Shown: positions 43,005-53,813, counted from the stretch's first letter. The stretch is 64,000 bases of DNA from an uncultured Methanoregulaceae archaeon (GCA_963701095.1 OY969564.1:224001-288000), one strand, 5' to 3'. Numbers and translations: made by a program. Notes: generated by a model from the letters alone, not told the origin.

Positions 43005-43532
43005 ATGCTCGAAATAGAACTTAAAGTAAAGGTAGATTCTCTCGATTTCGTCCGCCAGAACCTCATGAGCCGGCATGCTGAGTTTTTGGGAAAACAGCAT
43101 GAGCATGATATCTATTATAACGCTCCGCACCGCGATTTCGGAACTACTGATGAAGCCCTGCGTGTCCGGTACACAGATGGCCCTGCGCTCATCACCTATA
43201 AGGGAAAGAAAATTCAGGATCTCGGTCTTAAGGCCCGGGAGGAACTCAACACGGGTGTGGAATCCGGTGAGGTATTCGAACAGATTCTTGATAGACTCGG
43301 ATTTAAGAAAACTGCAGAAGTCAATAAGTGGCGGGAGAATTACCGGTTGGGAAATGCCTCTTTTGCACTGGATTGCGTAGATTTTCTCGGTACATTTGTC
43401 GAAATAGAAATAATGGTAGAAAACAGTGCAAAAGATGCAACCGGTAAGATTATGAGTTTAGCAAAAGAGATGGGAATTTCCGGCGAGCCTATTCTCGCCT
43501 CCTATCTTGAATTACTTCTCGCTACACGGTAA
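43005..43532 (+). CDS. cyaB: CYTH-domain protein (class IV adenylate cyclase-like)
   Basis: EIELK, DEALRVR, LITYKG, LGTFVEIE, SYLELL. Confidence 0.88.
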   Translation: MLEIELKVKVDSLDFVRQNLMSRHAEFLGKQHEHDIYYNAPHRDFGTTDEALRVRYTDGPALITYKGKKIQDLGLKAREELNTGVESGEVFEQILDRLGFKKTAEVNKWRENYRLGNASFALDCVDFLGTFVEIEIMVENSAKDATGKIMSLAKEMGISGEPILASYLELLLATR

Positions 43533-44163
43533 GTAATTCAACCTTGATGTCTTTTGCCTCGTTTCCAAAATGGAGCATGGCACAGTACCCGTCCATTGCA
43601 GGACCGGGGTTAATTATTTTGACACCATCAACATCCTTGACACCACGTTGCTCATGAATGTGGGCACAGCAGATAAGATCGAAGTCTTTTAGATGGCGTC
43701 GGATGCTTTGGCTTCCTACATGTTCACCATTGACAAGATCGAGTGTCTCAAAGGGTGGCGCATGAGAGATAAGAACATTGTGCAATGCCTTTTCCATTTT
43801 TACCATTCCCTGGTGAAGTACATCATCGATCTGCTTGTCAGTCAGCTCAAACGGTGTGTTAAAAGGGGTGGGGTTGGAACCGCCTACACCAACAAGTGTC
43901 ATGGTTCCCAGATTAATCTGGGCTCCGTGGAGGCAGACTGCATCCGAGTGTTCAAGCGTATCGAGGATCTCTCTAGGGTCACAGTTTCCCGGTACCGCAA
44001 AACAGGGTACATCAATGCGGGAGAGGACATCGTCAACTGCGTCCACAGGACCCATATTGGTGATATCGCCGGCGATAAATACAGCTTCTGGATTGAGTTC
44101 CAGAAAAGAATCAATTTTACCGAATTGACCGTGGAGATCTGCTATCAATAGCACATCTTTCAT
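43522..44163 (-). CDS. Metallophosphoesterase (calcineurin-like)
   Basis: DLHG, AGDIT, PGNCD, SHAPP, AHIHE. Confidence 0.9.
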   Translation of the reverse strand: MKDVLLIADLHGQFGKIDSFLELNPEAVFIAGDITNMGPVDAVDDVLSRIDVPCFAVPGNCDPREILDTLEHSDAVCLHGAQINLGTMTLVGVGGSNPTPFNTPFELTDKQIDDVLHQGMVKMEKALHNVLISHAPPFETLDLVNGEHVGSQSIRRHLKDFDLICCAHIHEQRGVKDVDGVKIINPGPAMDGYCAMLHFGNEAKDIKVELLTV

Positions 44164-44876
44164 GGTATATCATTTCAAATGCCGTCTAAAAAACCTTATC
44201 GCCCGGATAACAGGAATATAACAGACGTAAAATTTGTTTTAATCTTTCAAATTGTAGTGATAAATCGGATATAACGTCGTAATCTGCGGATTTGGCGGCT
44301 CTTTTATGTTAAAACAAGGGATGTAATCGCGCACACTTCGTAAAATCTCCGGGAATCATATGGCGATATATTCCCCTATACTCCGAAAATCGCTGCAGTT
44401 CCTTGCATGTTAAAATCAATTACACTCCCACCGTTTGTTTTGCATAAAAGGGTCAGGAGACACAGTACCGTAACTCTTTCGGACCTCGGTACAACCTTTT
44501 TAGAGGGGTTTTTCCAAAGCCCGATTTTTGTCTGTCCATATAGGGGCCTGCATGGATATATCCGTTCGATGAAAGAGATAGAAAAATACATCCATTGGGT
44601 GTTCAATTTTACCCAGGTGATTTTTGCCAGTATTTCAATTCGAGCAGCTTTCATTTCCATTTTGAGCATATATAACCTGGAAAAAAGCTGATGGTGAAAC
44701 GAAAAGATCTTTTCCGTTATGAAATGAACGTTTGGGAACTCTTTTAAGGTAAGGAAATACCGGCTCGGCGATCAAAATCAAGGTGAGCGCTCAAACCTTT
44801 CAAGATTCATGATCTCTTTTGCTGTTTTGATCGTGGTTGGGGAATTCTAAAGAGTATTGTCATTATTAATCTTGAT

Positions 44877-44908
44877 GGAAGGAATGTTCTTACTATCAAA
44901 TATAAATA
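44877..44908 (+). promoter_or_regulatory. Putative nif promoter: near-consensus NrpR-type box GGAA-GGAATG-TTCT (44877-44890) and TATA box TATAAATA (44901-44908)
   Basis: Best TATA-like element upstream of nifH; the box has one mismatch to GGAA-N6-TTCC. Confidence 0.45.
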
Positions 44909-44943
44909 TTTGTAATGCAATTATGATCTTGTAGAATGGAGGA

Positions 44944-45096
44944 ATGATGCCAGACACATTGCTTAATTCGAGAACTTCTCTCGGAAACAAGGTACTCGCG
45001 AAGCCCCAACAGAAATCGAGGGGCACAATAACACGATTATGCTCGGTTACTGCATCGGATATTTTGAAGCGGTTGATCTACTCTAGGGCGGAATGA
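44944..45096 (+). CDS. Putative 49-50 aa upstream ORF in nifH leader
   Basis: GGAGG at 44938-44942, then ATGATG and an open frame to TGA 45094-45096; no recognisable family. Confidence 0.3.
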   Translation: MMPDTLLNSRTSLGNKVLAKPQQKSRGTITRLCSVTASDILKRLIYSRAE

Positions 45097-45312
45097 CGAA
45101 TGCTCACACGTGTGAGGCGAGTTAAGAGCACGAACTCCTCCGCAATTACACGTGCTTTCGGCAGCTAGTCCCGAACCGGGAGTTGGATAAAACAGCTTGT
45201 GGCGAAAGGGGAAGCATGCACCCTTATTTTCCTGCAATATCCCTTGCACGAGCAAAACATGCAAAGATCGGTGATCATCTGCAGGAATCTAATGACGAAA
45301 TCCGGACTATAG

Positions 45313-46199
<887 letters not shown>

Positions 46200-46247
46200 A
46201 AGGCTGTAATTCGAGATTTTAAGAAAAAACCTGGCGGATGTGTGATT

Positions 46248-46574
46248 GTGTTATTAATACGTGCAATTGTTCGACCGGAGAAGAAAGATGAAGTTCTTGA
46301 GGAACTTTCTTCTGCGGGATTTAATGCGGCAACAATGGTAGATGTCGTCGGCCGTGGAAAGCAGAAAGGCATTAAAATCGGTGGCATGGTATACGACGAG
46401 ATCCCGAAGATCCTAATTCTTGTCGCGATCCAAGATGCGGACAAGGAAAAGGTCATCAAAACGATCTTAAAGACCGCAAAGACGGGGACCGAGGGGACAT
46501 TTGGTGACGGGAAGATCTTTGTTTCCCCAATCGAAGAGGTCTATACCATTTCAAAGGGTATTCAAGGACTCTAG
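46248..46574 (+). CDS. nifI1: Nitrogenase-regulatory PII protein NifI1
   Basis: GRGKQKG, YDEIPK, GDGKIF; between nifH and nifD. Confidence 0.92.
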   Translation: MLLIRAIVRPEKKDEVLEELSSAGFNAATMVDVVGRGKQKGIKIGGMVYDEIPKILILVAIQDADKEKVIKTILKTAKTGTEGTFGDGKIFVSPIEEVYTISKGIQGL

Positions 46575-46585
46575 GGAGGACTGCT

Positions 46586-47005
46586 ATGAAAGAGATTATG
46601 GCAGTCATCCGGATGAGGAGAACCAGCGCCACAAAAAAAGCACTTATCGCAGCAGGCGTGGCTGGTTTTACCGCGGTCAAGGTGTCCGGCCGGGGCAGGT
46701 TGGTAACCGATCTGACACAAATAGAAGAATGCAAAGAGAAGCTTCTGTCGATGGGCGTCAATGACTTTGGCGGGGTAGAAGATACCGAAAAACTGGTAAC
46801 GAGTTTCCTCAATGGTTCGAGGTTCTTCCCCAGAAGGCTCTTTAAGATCCTTGCTCACGATGAGGATGTGCCCCGTATTGTGGATGCAATAACCTGTGCT
46901 AACAAAACCGAATACGGCATTGGAGACGGTGTGATCTTTGTATTGCCGGTTCTCGACGCGGTTCGTGTTCGCACCGGTGAATCAGGAGAGGCAGCGATTT
47001 GGTGA
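46586..47005 (+). CDS. nifI2: Nitrogenase-regulatory PII protein NifI2
   Basis: MKEIMAVIR, TKKAL, GRG plus long T-loop, GDG, VRVRTGESG. Confidence 0.9.
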   Translation: MKEIMAVIRMRRTSATKKALIAAGVAGFTAVKVSGRGRLVTDLTQIEECKEKLLSMGVNDFGGVEDTEKLVTSFLNGSRFFPRRLFKILAHDEDVPRIVDAITCANKTEYGIGDGVIFVLPVLDAVRVRTGESGEAAIW

Positions 47006-47018
47006 GGTGACATAAGCT

Positions 47019-48644
47019 ATGGCAGACACTGAAAGTACAATCGACGAGATGATGACACCATACCCGGAGACGGTCAAGAAAAACCGGAAGAAGCACCTCA
47101 TCATCAAGGATGAGGAGGCTGCATGTTGTCCCCAGATCGAAGCGAACACAAGAACTATCCCCGGCATCATATCACAGCGAGGTTGTGCATACGCTGGATG
47201 CAAAAGTGTTGTTGTTGGTCCTATCAAGGACATGGTGACCATTACCCACGGTCCGGTAGGTTGTGGATATTATAGCTGGGGCACACGCCGGAACAAGGCA
47301 AGGGCAGATGATACGACACCCAATGACAAAATATACTCCCAGCTCTGCTTCACCACCGACATGCAGGAACCGGATATCGTCTTTGGCGGTGAGAAGAAAC
47401 TCGCACGTATGATAGATGAGGTTGTTGCCGCGTTCCACCCGCGTGCAATCAATATCTGCGCAACATGCCCGGTCGGGCTTATCGGAGACGATTTAGGTGC
47501 GGTTGCAAAAGCGGCAGAAGAGCGGCACGGGATCCAGGTGCTGGCCTATAACTGCGAGGGTTACAAGGGGGTCAGCCAATCGGCAGGCCACCACATTGCA
47601 AACAATAATGTGATGGAAAAAATTGTCGGTAAAGGAACCGAGCGAAAACCTGGTAGGTTTATCATTAATCTCCTTGGTGAATACAACATCGGTGGCGACG
47701 GTTGGGAGCTTGAGCGGATCCTTAAGGAGATCGGCTACATCGTTAATTGCGTCCTTACCGGGGATTCAAGTTACCTTGACATAAAGAACCTGCACCTTGC
47801 GGACTTAAATCTCGTCCAGTGCCACAGATCGATTAATTACATCGCTGAGATGATGGAAGCAAAGTACGGAACACCATGGCTGAAGGTCAATTTCATCGGT
47901 ATTGACGCAACAAACCAGTCTCTACGCCAGGTCGCGCGATGTTTCGGGGACGAGGAACTTGTCAGGAAAACCGAGGAAATTATTGAGCGGGAGACCGCCC
48001 GGGTTACTCCTACGCTCGACCAGTACCGGAAGGTACTGCTGGGCAAGACCGCATTTGCAATAGTCGGCGGCTCACGGAGTCACCACTATCAATATCTCCT
48101 TCGTGATCTTGGTATGGAAATGATCATTGCCGGTTATGAGTTTGCTCACCGGGACGATTACGAAGGCAGACAGGTGATCCCCACCATTAAGACCGATGCT
48201 GATAGCAAGAACATTCCAGAACTTCACCTCGTCCCTGATGAAAAAATGTACAAGGAAGCTCACGCTCACCTGAATATGTCAAAGGAAAAGTTCGACGAAA
48301 TGAACGCCGAAGTCCCTCTTAATTATTACGAAGGCATCTACCCAAACATGAAAAGCGGGCAGATTATCATCGATGACGCAAACCACCATGAGGTCGAAGT
48401 CCTGATACAGGCCGCAAAACCCGACCTCTTCCTCTCGGGAGTCAGGGACAAGTATATCGTCCACAAGATGGGCGTGGCTTCGAAACAGCTCCATGCCTAT
48501 GACTACAGCGGCCCCTATGCAGGATACAATGGTGCGATAAACTTCGCCCGTGATGTCGCAAAAGCCCTGACAACCCCTGCATGGAAATTGATCACCCCCC
48601 CATGGGAGAAAGAAAAAGAAACCCGGAGTGAGTCCGATGCTTGA
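47019..48644 (+). CDS. nifD: Nitrogenase MoFe protein alpha chain (group II type with insertion)
   Basis: RGCAYAGC, HGPVGC, QCHRS, GGSRSHH, ~50-aa group II insert, QLHAYDYSGPY. Confidence 0.95.
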   Translation: MADTESTIDEMMTPYPETVKKNRKKHLIIKDEEAACCPQIEANTRTIPGIISQRGCAYAGCKSVVVGPIKDMVTITHGPVGCGYYSWGTRRNKARADDTTPNDKIYSQLCFTTDMQEPDIVFGGEKKLARMIDEVVAAFHPRAINICATCPVGLIGDDLGAVAKAAEERHGIQVLAYNCEGYKGVSQSAGHHIANNNVMEKIVGKGTERKPGRFIINLLGEYNIGGDGWELERILKEIGYIVNCVLTGDSSYLDIKNLHLADLNLVQCHRSINYIAEMMEAKYGTPWLKVNFIGIDATNQSLRQVARCFGDEELVRKTEEIIERETARVTPTLDQYRKVLLGKTAFAIVGGSRSHHYQYLLRDLGMEMIIAGYEFAHRDDYEGRQVIPTIKTDADSKNIPELHLVPDEKMYKEAHAHLNMSKEKFDEMNAEVPLNYYEGIYPNMKSGQIIIDDANHHEVEVLIQAAKPDLFLSGVRDKYIVHKMGVASKQLHAYDYSGPYAGYNGAINFARDVAKALTTPAWKLITPPWEKEKETRSESDA

Positions 48645-50004
48645 ATGTGTACCGGAAGAAACAGTGAGCCACACGACAGGGAAGATCAACCCGGCAAAGA
48701 CCTGCCAGCCGATCGGCGCAATGTATGCGGCGCTTGGTATTTATGGATGCCTACCGCACAGTCATGGCTCGCAGGGTTGCTGTGCATATCACCGCATGCA
48801 TCTTACCCGGCATTTCCGTGACCCGGTGATTGCATCATCGAGCTCCTTTACTGAAGGAGCATCGGTCTTTGGCGGGGCAGCGAACTTAAAAACCTCTATA
48901 AAAAATGTCTTTACGATCTACAACCCCGAGGTCGTGGCTGTCCATACTACCTGTCTTTCGGAGACAATTGGCGATGATATCCCAAACATCCTCAAACAGG
49001 CCGAGATTCCCGAAGGAAAAGTGGTTATCCACGCTAACACGCCAAGTTACGCGGGTTCGCACATTACGGGTTTCTCAAACATGTGCAAAGCGATGGTCTC
49101 CTATCTTGCACAGTCCGATGGAGTGGTCAAAAAAGAGCAGGCAAACGTCCTGCCGGGTTTTGTCAATCCCGGGGATATGCGGGAGATCCGGCGCATCGTC
49201 TCGTCCCTCGGTATAAAACTTATCATGTTTCCGGACACATCCGGTGTCCTGGACTCGCCCCTTACAAGCAGGTACCAGATGTATCCTGAAGGTGGGGCAA
49301 CCGTTGCCGAAATTCGGGATTCGGGAAACTCGGAGGTCACGCTCGCACTTGGTGCATTTGCATCGCATGATGCTGCCGATATTCTTCAGGAAAAATGCGG
49401 TGTTACCGGTATTCCCTTAAAACTCCCCATTGGTCTTAAAGCCACCGATGATTTCATTATGGCGTTAAAAGACTGGTTTGGTGTTGAAGTTCCCGGTGCC
49501 TTGACTCTCGAACGTGGTCAGGTCATCGATACGCTGATCGACACCCATTTCCACTACCAGGGAAAAACGGTCGCTATCTTTGGGGATCCTGATCACGTCA
49601 TTGCCATGACTGAATTTGCGCTTACGATGGGTATGATCCCCAAATACCTGCTCACCGGTACACCCGGGAAGGAGTTCGAAGCGACCCTCAATAAAATGCT
49701 TGAAGAGGCAGGCATACAGGAAAGTCGGGTCAAGGCGGACGGGGATCTCTTCGATCTTCACCAATGGATCCGGGAAGAAAAAGTGGATCTCATGATCGGT
49801 ACAACTTATGGGAAATACATCTCCCGTGCAGAGGATATCCCGTTGGTCAGGTTCGGGTTTCCCATTCTTGACCGGGCCGTCCACCCGCTTATGCCCGTTG
49901 TTGGTTACCGAGGCTGCCTTCGCCTGATCGAGCAGATCAGTAACGCACTCCTCGAACGTCGTGATCGCGATGCTTTAGACGAGGATTTCGAACTGGTACT
50001 GTAA
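48637..50004 (+). CDS. nifK: Nitrogenase MoFe protein beta chain
   Basis: NPAKTCQPIGA, HGSQGCC, TTCLSETIGDD, GFPILDR. Confidence 0.95.
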   Translation: MLECVPEETVSHTTGKINPAKTCQPIGAMYAALGIYGCLPHSHGSQGCCAYHRMHLTRHFRDPVIASSSSFTEGASVFGGAANLKTSIKNVFTIYNPEVVAVHTTCLSETIGDDIPNILKQAEIPEGKVVIHANTPSYAGSHITGFSNMCKAMVSYLAQSDGVVKKEQANVLPGFVNPGDMREIRRIVSSLGIKLIMFPDTSGVLDSPLTSRYQMYPEGGATVAEIRDSGNSEVTLALGAFASHDAADILQEKCGVTGIPLKLPIGLKATDDFIMALKDWFGVEVPGALTLERGQVIDTLIDTHFHYQGKTVAIFGDPDHVIAMTEFALTMGMIPKYLLTGTPGKEFEATLNKMLEEAGIQESRVKADGDLFDLHQWIREEKVDLMIGTTYGKYISRAEDIPLVRFGFPILDRAVHPLMPVVGYRGCLRLIEQISNALLERRDRDALDEDFELVL

Positions 50005-50046
50005 GGACGAAAAAGAATTCCTTTTGGAAGAAAAGGAGGAGATATT

Positions 50047-51438
50047 ATGGAAGATTTATGTACGTTCCCGGCCAGTGCCGTCGCATGCATTGCTGAACGA
50101 CAGGATTCTATCCTGACGGCAGGCAAAAGCCGAGCACGCATCCACTGTGCTGATGACAGTCTTGCCGGTTCGGTCAGCCAGAGAGCCTGCGTGTTCTGCG
50201 GTGCCCGGGTCGTGTTAAACCCGGTCACCGATGCGGTCCACCTGGTTCACGGACCTATCGGCTGCGCCACCTATACCATGGACATCAGGGGGAGTCTGTC
50301 GAGCGGCTCCGAGTTATACCGCAACAGCTTCTCCACTGATATGAAAGAGAAAGATGTCATTTTCGGCGGCGAAAAAAAACTTACGGTCTGTATCGATGAG
50401 GTGGTAGGAAAATACCATCCACCGGCAGTATTTGTATACGCGACCTGTGTTTCGGGCATGATCGGCGATGATATCATTGCAGTCTGCAAGCAGGCCTCCA
50501 TCCGTCACGGTATTGATGTCATCCCGGTCGAATCCAGTGGGTTTATTTCCGGGAATAAGGTTGTCGGTTATCGGGCAGCAGCAGAAGCCCTTCTCCGGCT
50601 TATCCGCCCAAAAGAGGGAGAGACCATTGAAAAAACACAAAAGATCAATTTCCTCGGCGAATATAACCTCGGTGGGGAAAAATGGCTGGTCGAACGCTAC
50701 CTGAAGGAGATGGGCATTGAGATCAATGTTGCTTTCACGGGCGATTCAAATGTCGCTGCACTTAAACGTGCACCTTCAGCGTGCCTGAACCTCGTACAAT
50801 GTACCGGGTCGATGCACTGGGTTGCTGTAAGTCTCGAAAAATCCTTTGGAACGCCCTATATGGATGTGAATTTCTTCGGGCCGGAGAACACGGCGGAAAG
50901 TCTCCGAAAGATTGCAGCATTCTATGCTGATGAGGGTATCTCTCAGCGTGCAGAAACACTGATTGCTCGGGAGATGGGTCGGATCCGTCCCATGCTTGAG
51001 AAATACCGCAGTAAGCTTCGGGGGAAACGTGCTGCCATCTATGTGGGTGGTGCATACAAGGCGATTGCCATCATCCGCCAGCTCCGGGGCCTTGGTATGG
51101 AGATCGTGCTCTCCGGTACCCAGACCGGCAACCAGGACGAGTACGAAAGCATGAGCCGGCTGCTTTCCGAAGGCACAATCATTATTGATGACGCAAACCC
51201 GGCAGAACTGGAGAAATTCCTTCTCGAAAAGAAAGTGGATGTCATGGTCGGCGGTGTTAAAGAGCGTGTCCTTGCGTACAAACTTGGTATTGGTTTTGTT
51301 GACCACAACCATGACAGGAAAGACGGTCTTGCCGGATTTGATGGTGCCGTTCGTTTTGCCCGGGAGGTCTATGTTACAACGTGCTCACCGGTGTGGCAGC
51401 ATATTCGCACCCCGGCTTACGAGGATGTGTACTCATGA
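50047..51438 (+). CDS. nifE: FeMo-cofactor scaffold NifE
   Basis: SQRACVFCGA, HGPIGCA, ATCVSGMIGDD, LVQC. Confidence 0.92.
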   Translation: MEDLCTFPASAVACIAERQDSILTAGKSRARIHCADDSLAGSVSQRACVFCGARVVLNPVTDAVHLVHGPIGCATYTMDIRGSLSSGSELYRNSFSTDMKEKDVIFGGEKKLTVCIDEVVGKYHPPAVFVYATCVSGMIGDDIIAVCKQASIRHGIDVIPVESSGFISGNKVVGYRAAAEALLRLIRPKEGETIEKTQKINFLGEYNLGGEKWLVERYLKEMGIEINVAFTGDSNVAALKRAPSACLNLVQCTGSMHWVAVSLEKSFGTPYMDVNFFGPENTAESLRKIAAFYADEGISQRAETLIAREMGRIRPMLEKYRSKLRGKRAAIYVGGAYKAIAIIRQLRGLGMEIVLSGTQTGNQDEYESMSRLLSEGTIIIDDANPAELEKFLLEKKVDVMVGGVKERVLAYKLGIGFVDHNHDRKDGLAGFDGAVRFAREVYVTTCSPVWQHIRTPAYEDVYS

Positions 51439-52835
51439 CGGGTACACAGGTCGCACCAGTATCTGCAGATCTCCCCAGGTCTCGGCAGGTCAGCGAAAAC
51501 CAGTGCCATATGTGCATGTCGATTGGCGCTGTTGCCGTATTCAAAGGTATTGAAAATGCGATGGTCCTTGTCCACGGATCGCAGGGCTGCAGTACCTACA
51601 TGCGCCTCGCAAATGTCGAGCATTACAATGAGCCGGTCGATATTGCATCCTCATCATTGAACGAGAAGCAGGCCATCTATGGCGGTGAGGCTAATCTCAG
51701 GAAAGCGATGGACAATGTGATCCGGGTCTATCAACCGGTGGTGCTGGGGATCCTGACAACATGTCTTTCCGAAACAATGGGAGAGGATCTTGAACGGATT
51801 GTCTCTTCATATGTACAGGAAAAAGGGATTACTCGTGTCTCTATCATCCCGATAAACACTCCCAGTTATAGTGGGTCACAGAGTGAGGGGTTTTGGGCAG
51901 CGACACGAGGGGTGATCGCATATTGTGCCCGCCCTACTCTGCCGCATCAGCGCATTAACGTTATCGTCCCCCATATCAGCCCTGCCGACATCAGGGAGAT
52001 TAAACGCATTCTTGACTGTACGGGACTTTCGTATACGCTTATCCCGGATTATTCGATGACCCTTGACCGCCCGTATGAGGGACGGTACTTAAAAATAGCG
52101 CCCGGCGGGACTTCGGTTAAAGAGATAGCTGAAATGCCCGGATCTCCGGTTACTATCCAGTTTGGTTCTACCTGCCCAAATTCCCTGTCTCCGGGTTTAT
52201 TTCTTAAAGAGAAGTTCGGCGTTCCGCTCATCAACCTGCCCTTGCCCATTGGCCTTAAAAATACCGACCTCTTTGTCGAGACAATCACCAAAATCAGTGG
52301 ACAACCAGTACCTGACGCACTTACACTTGAACGCGGTTGGCTGCTCGATGGTATGGCCGATTCCCATAAGTTCAACGCAGAAGGAAGACCGGTTATCTAT
52401 GGGGAACCTGAGCTGGTTTATGCTTTTGCCACGCTCTGTGCGGAGAATGGTGCGGGCCCGGCGGTTATTGCAAGTGGCACAACAAACAGCCTGATTGCAA
52501 CATGTCTTGCTCCCCTTATTGAAACTGCTGATGAACCCCCGGTCATTCTTGAAGGAGCCGACATTGCGGCAATAGAAGAAGCGGCGTTGAAAACAGGATC
52601 AAACATTGCCATAGGTCATTCCGGGGGAAAATCCCTTACCGAACGACATAGCCTCCCCTTAGTGAGGGTTGGTTTTCCCATCCATGACCGGACTGGTGGC
52701 CAGAGGATCCTGTCTGCCGGATACCGGGGCACGCTAGCGTTTCTTGATCGCTTTACAAACACGCTTCTTGAAACCAAGTATGCAACGTACCGCCAGAAAA
52801 TAAAAGAAGAATATTGTAACACGGAGGGTATCTGA
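51435..52835 (+). CDS. nifN: FeMo-cofactor scaffold NifN (no fused NifB domain)
   Basis: CHMCMSIGA, HGSQGCSTY, TTCLSETMGED, GFPIHDRTGGQR; 4-nt overlap with nifE. Confidence 0.9.
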   Translation: MTGTQVAPVSADLPRSRQVSENQCHMCMSIGAVAVFKGIENAMVLVHGSQGCSTYMRLANVEHYNEPVDIASSSLNEKQAIYGGEANLRKAMDNVIRVYQPVVLGILTTCLSETMGEDLERIVSSYVQEKGITRVSIIPINTPSYSGSQSEGFWAATRGVIAYCARPTLPHQRINVIVPHISPADIREIKRILDCTGLSYTLIPDYSMTLDRPYEGRYLKIAPGGTSVKEIAEMPGSPVTIQFGSTCPNSLSPGLFLKEKFGVPLINLPLPIGLKNTDLFVETITKISGQPVPDALTLERGWLLDGMADSHKFNAEGRPVIYGEPELVYAFATLCAENGAGPAVIASGTTNSLIATCLAPLIETADEPPVILEGADIAAIEEAALKTGSNIAIGHSGGKSLTERHSLPLVRVGFPIHDRTGGQRILSAGYRGTLAFLDRFTNTLLETKYATYRQKIKEEYCNTEGI

Positions 52836-52837
52836 TT

Positions 52838-53146
52838 ATGCAAAAACCCAAACACCATATCTTTGTCTGCACAAGCTCCCGGGCAAACGGGCAACAAAAA
52901 GGATTCTGCCACGCAAAGGAAGGAGTCAGCATCATGGCAAAATTCATGGAGGAGATTGAAGAACGCGACTTAGGTGGAGAAGTATATCTGTCCAATACCG
53001 GCTGTTTCGGTATTTGCGAGAAAGGGCCTGTGGTGGTCGTATACCCGGACAATGTCTGGTATGGTTCGGTAATTCCTGATGATGTCCCCGTAATCCTTGA
53101 TGAACATATTGAGGGAGGAAAAGTGGTGGACCGCCTACTCATCTGA
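52838..53146 (+). CDS. Thioredoxin-like [2Fe-2S] ferredoxin (clostridial nif-associated type)
   Basis: HIFVCTSSR..GFC, TGCFGICEKGPVVVVYPDNVWY. Confidence 0.9.
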   Translation: MQKPKHHIFVCTSSRANGQQKGFCHAKEGVSIMAKFMEEIEERDLGGEVYLSNTGCFGICEKGPVVVVYPDNVWYGSVIPDDVPVILDEHIEGGKVVDRLLI

Positions 53147-53171
53147 GTGGATAGTCTTGTTTTTGGAGAAG

Positions 53172-53813
53172 ATGATGGCAGACGAAATTGCTGTGGTTCT
53201 TGGAGAAAATGGTTCGAGTTCCTCGCTGAACGAACCGGGAATGATAGTTGTCTTTGCCCGCACTAAAGGATCCTGGAAAAAGGATCGAGAGATGCCGCTT
53301 GTCCTTGACCCGGCTCAGGGAATGAAAGGGATGCGCGAAAAAATGGCAGGTATCATTGAATTTATGAGGAGCAGCCGGATCGTGGTTACCTCATCAGCCA
53401 GTGGAGCTCCATACTTTGAGCTCGAAAAAGCCCGCTGTGCTATTTGGGAAATCTCAGGGAAACCACAGGATTTTCTCAGTCAGGTCTGGGCAGATGAAGA
53501 AAAAGAGATGGCAAAGGAAAGAACCTCGTTACAAAAACGAGAAGGATCCGGGATACCCGTGCCTTTGGAAAAAACCCCGGGTACCTTTTACATTTCGATA
53601 AAAGAAGTCCAGGGCAAACGTCCTGATATCTCAAGCAAACAGGTACTCCAGCAATTTATTCAGAAAGGGGGGTTCCTGATCCTTGATATCATCTGCACCC
53701 ATGTGCCACCATGGATAGAAGTTGAAGCAGAGCGCCGTGGCTATACCCTAGAAACCGAAATGGTGGATAACGAAACCACCAGAGTCAGGTTAACGACATC
53801 CGCCAGTAAATAA
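53172..53813 (+). CDS. anfO: AnfO-family nitrogenase accessory protein
   Basis: IAVVLGENGSSSSLNEPG N-terminus, SSKQVLQQFI, IICTHVPPW C-terminal motif. Confidence 0.75.
   Translation: MMADEIAVVLGENGSSSSLNEPGMIVVFARTKGSWKKDREMPLVLDPAQGMKGMREKMAGIIEFMRSSRIVVTSSASGAPYFELEKARCAIWEISGKPQDFLSQVWADEEKEMAKERTSLQKREGSGIPVPLEKTPGTFYISIKEVQGKRPDISSKQVLQQFIQKGGFLILDIICTHVPPWIEVEAERRGYTLETEMVDNETTRVRLTTSASK

Noticed and set aside
44376..44691. Two overlapping ~95-aa ORFs in the gap before nif
   Set aside because: No recognisable motifs or SD; probably spurious
47019..50004. V- or Fe-only nitrogenase assignment
   Set aside because: No vnfG/anfG between D and K; group II insertion, CHRS motif and nifEN indicate a Mo type
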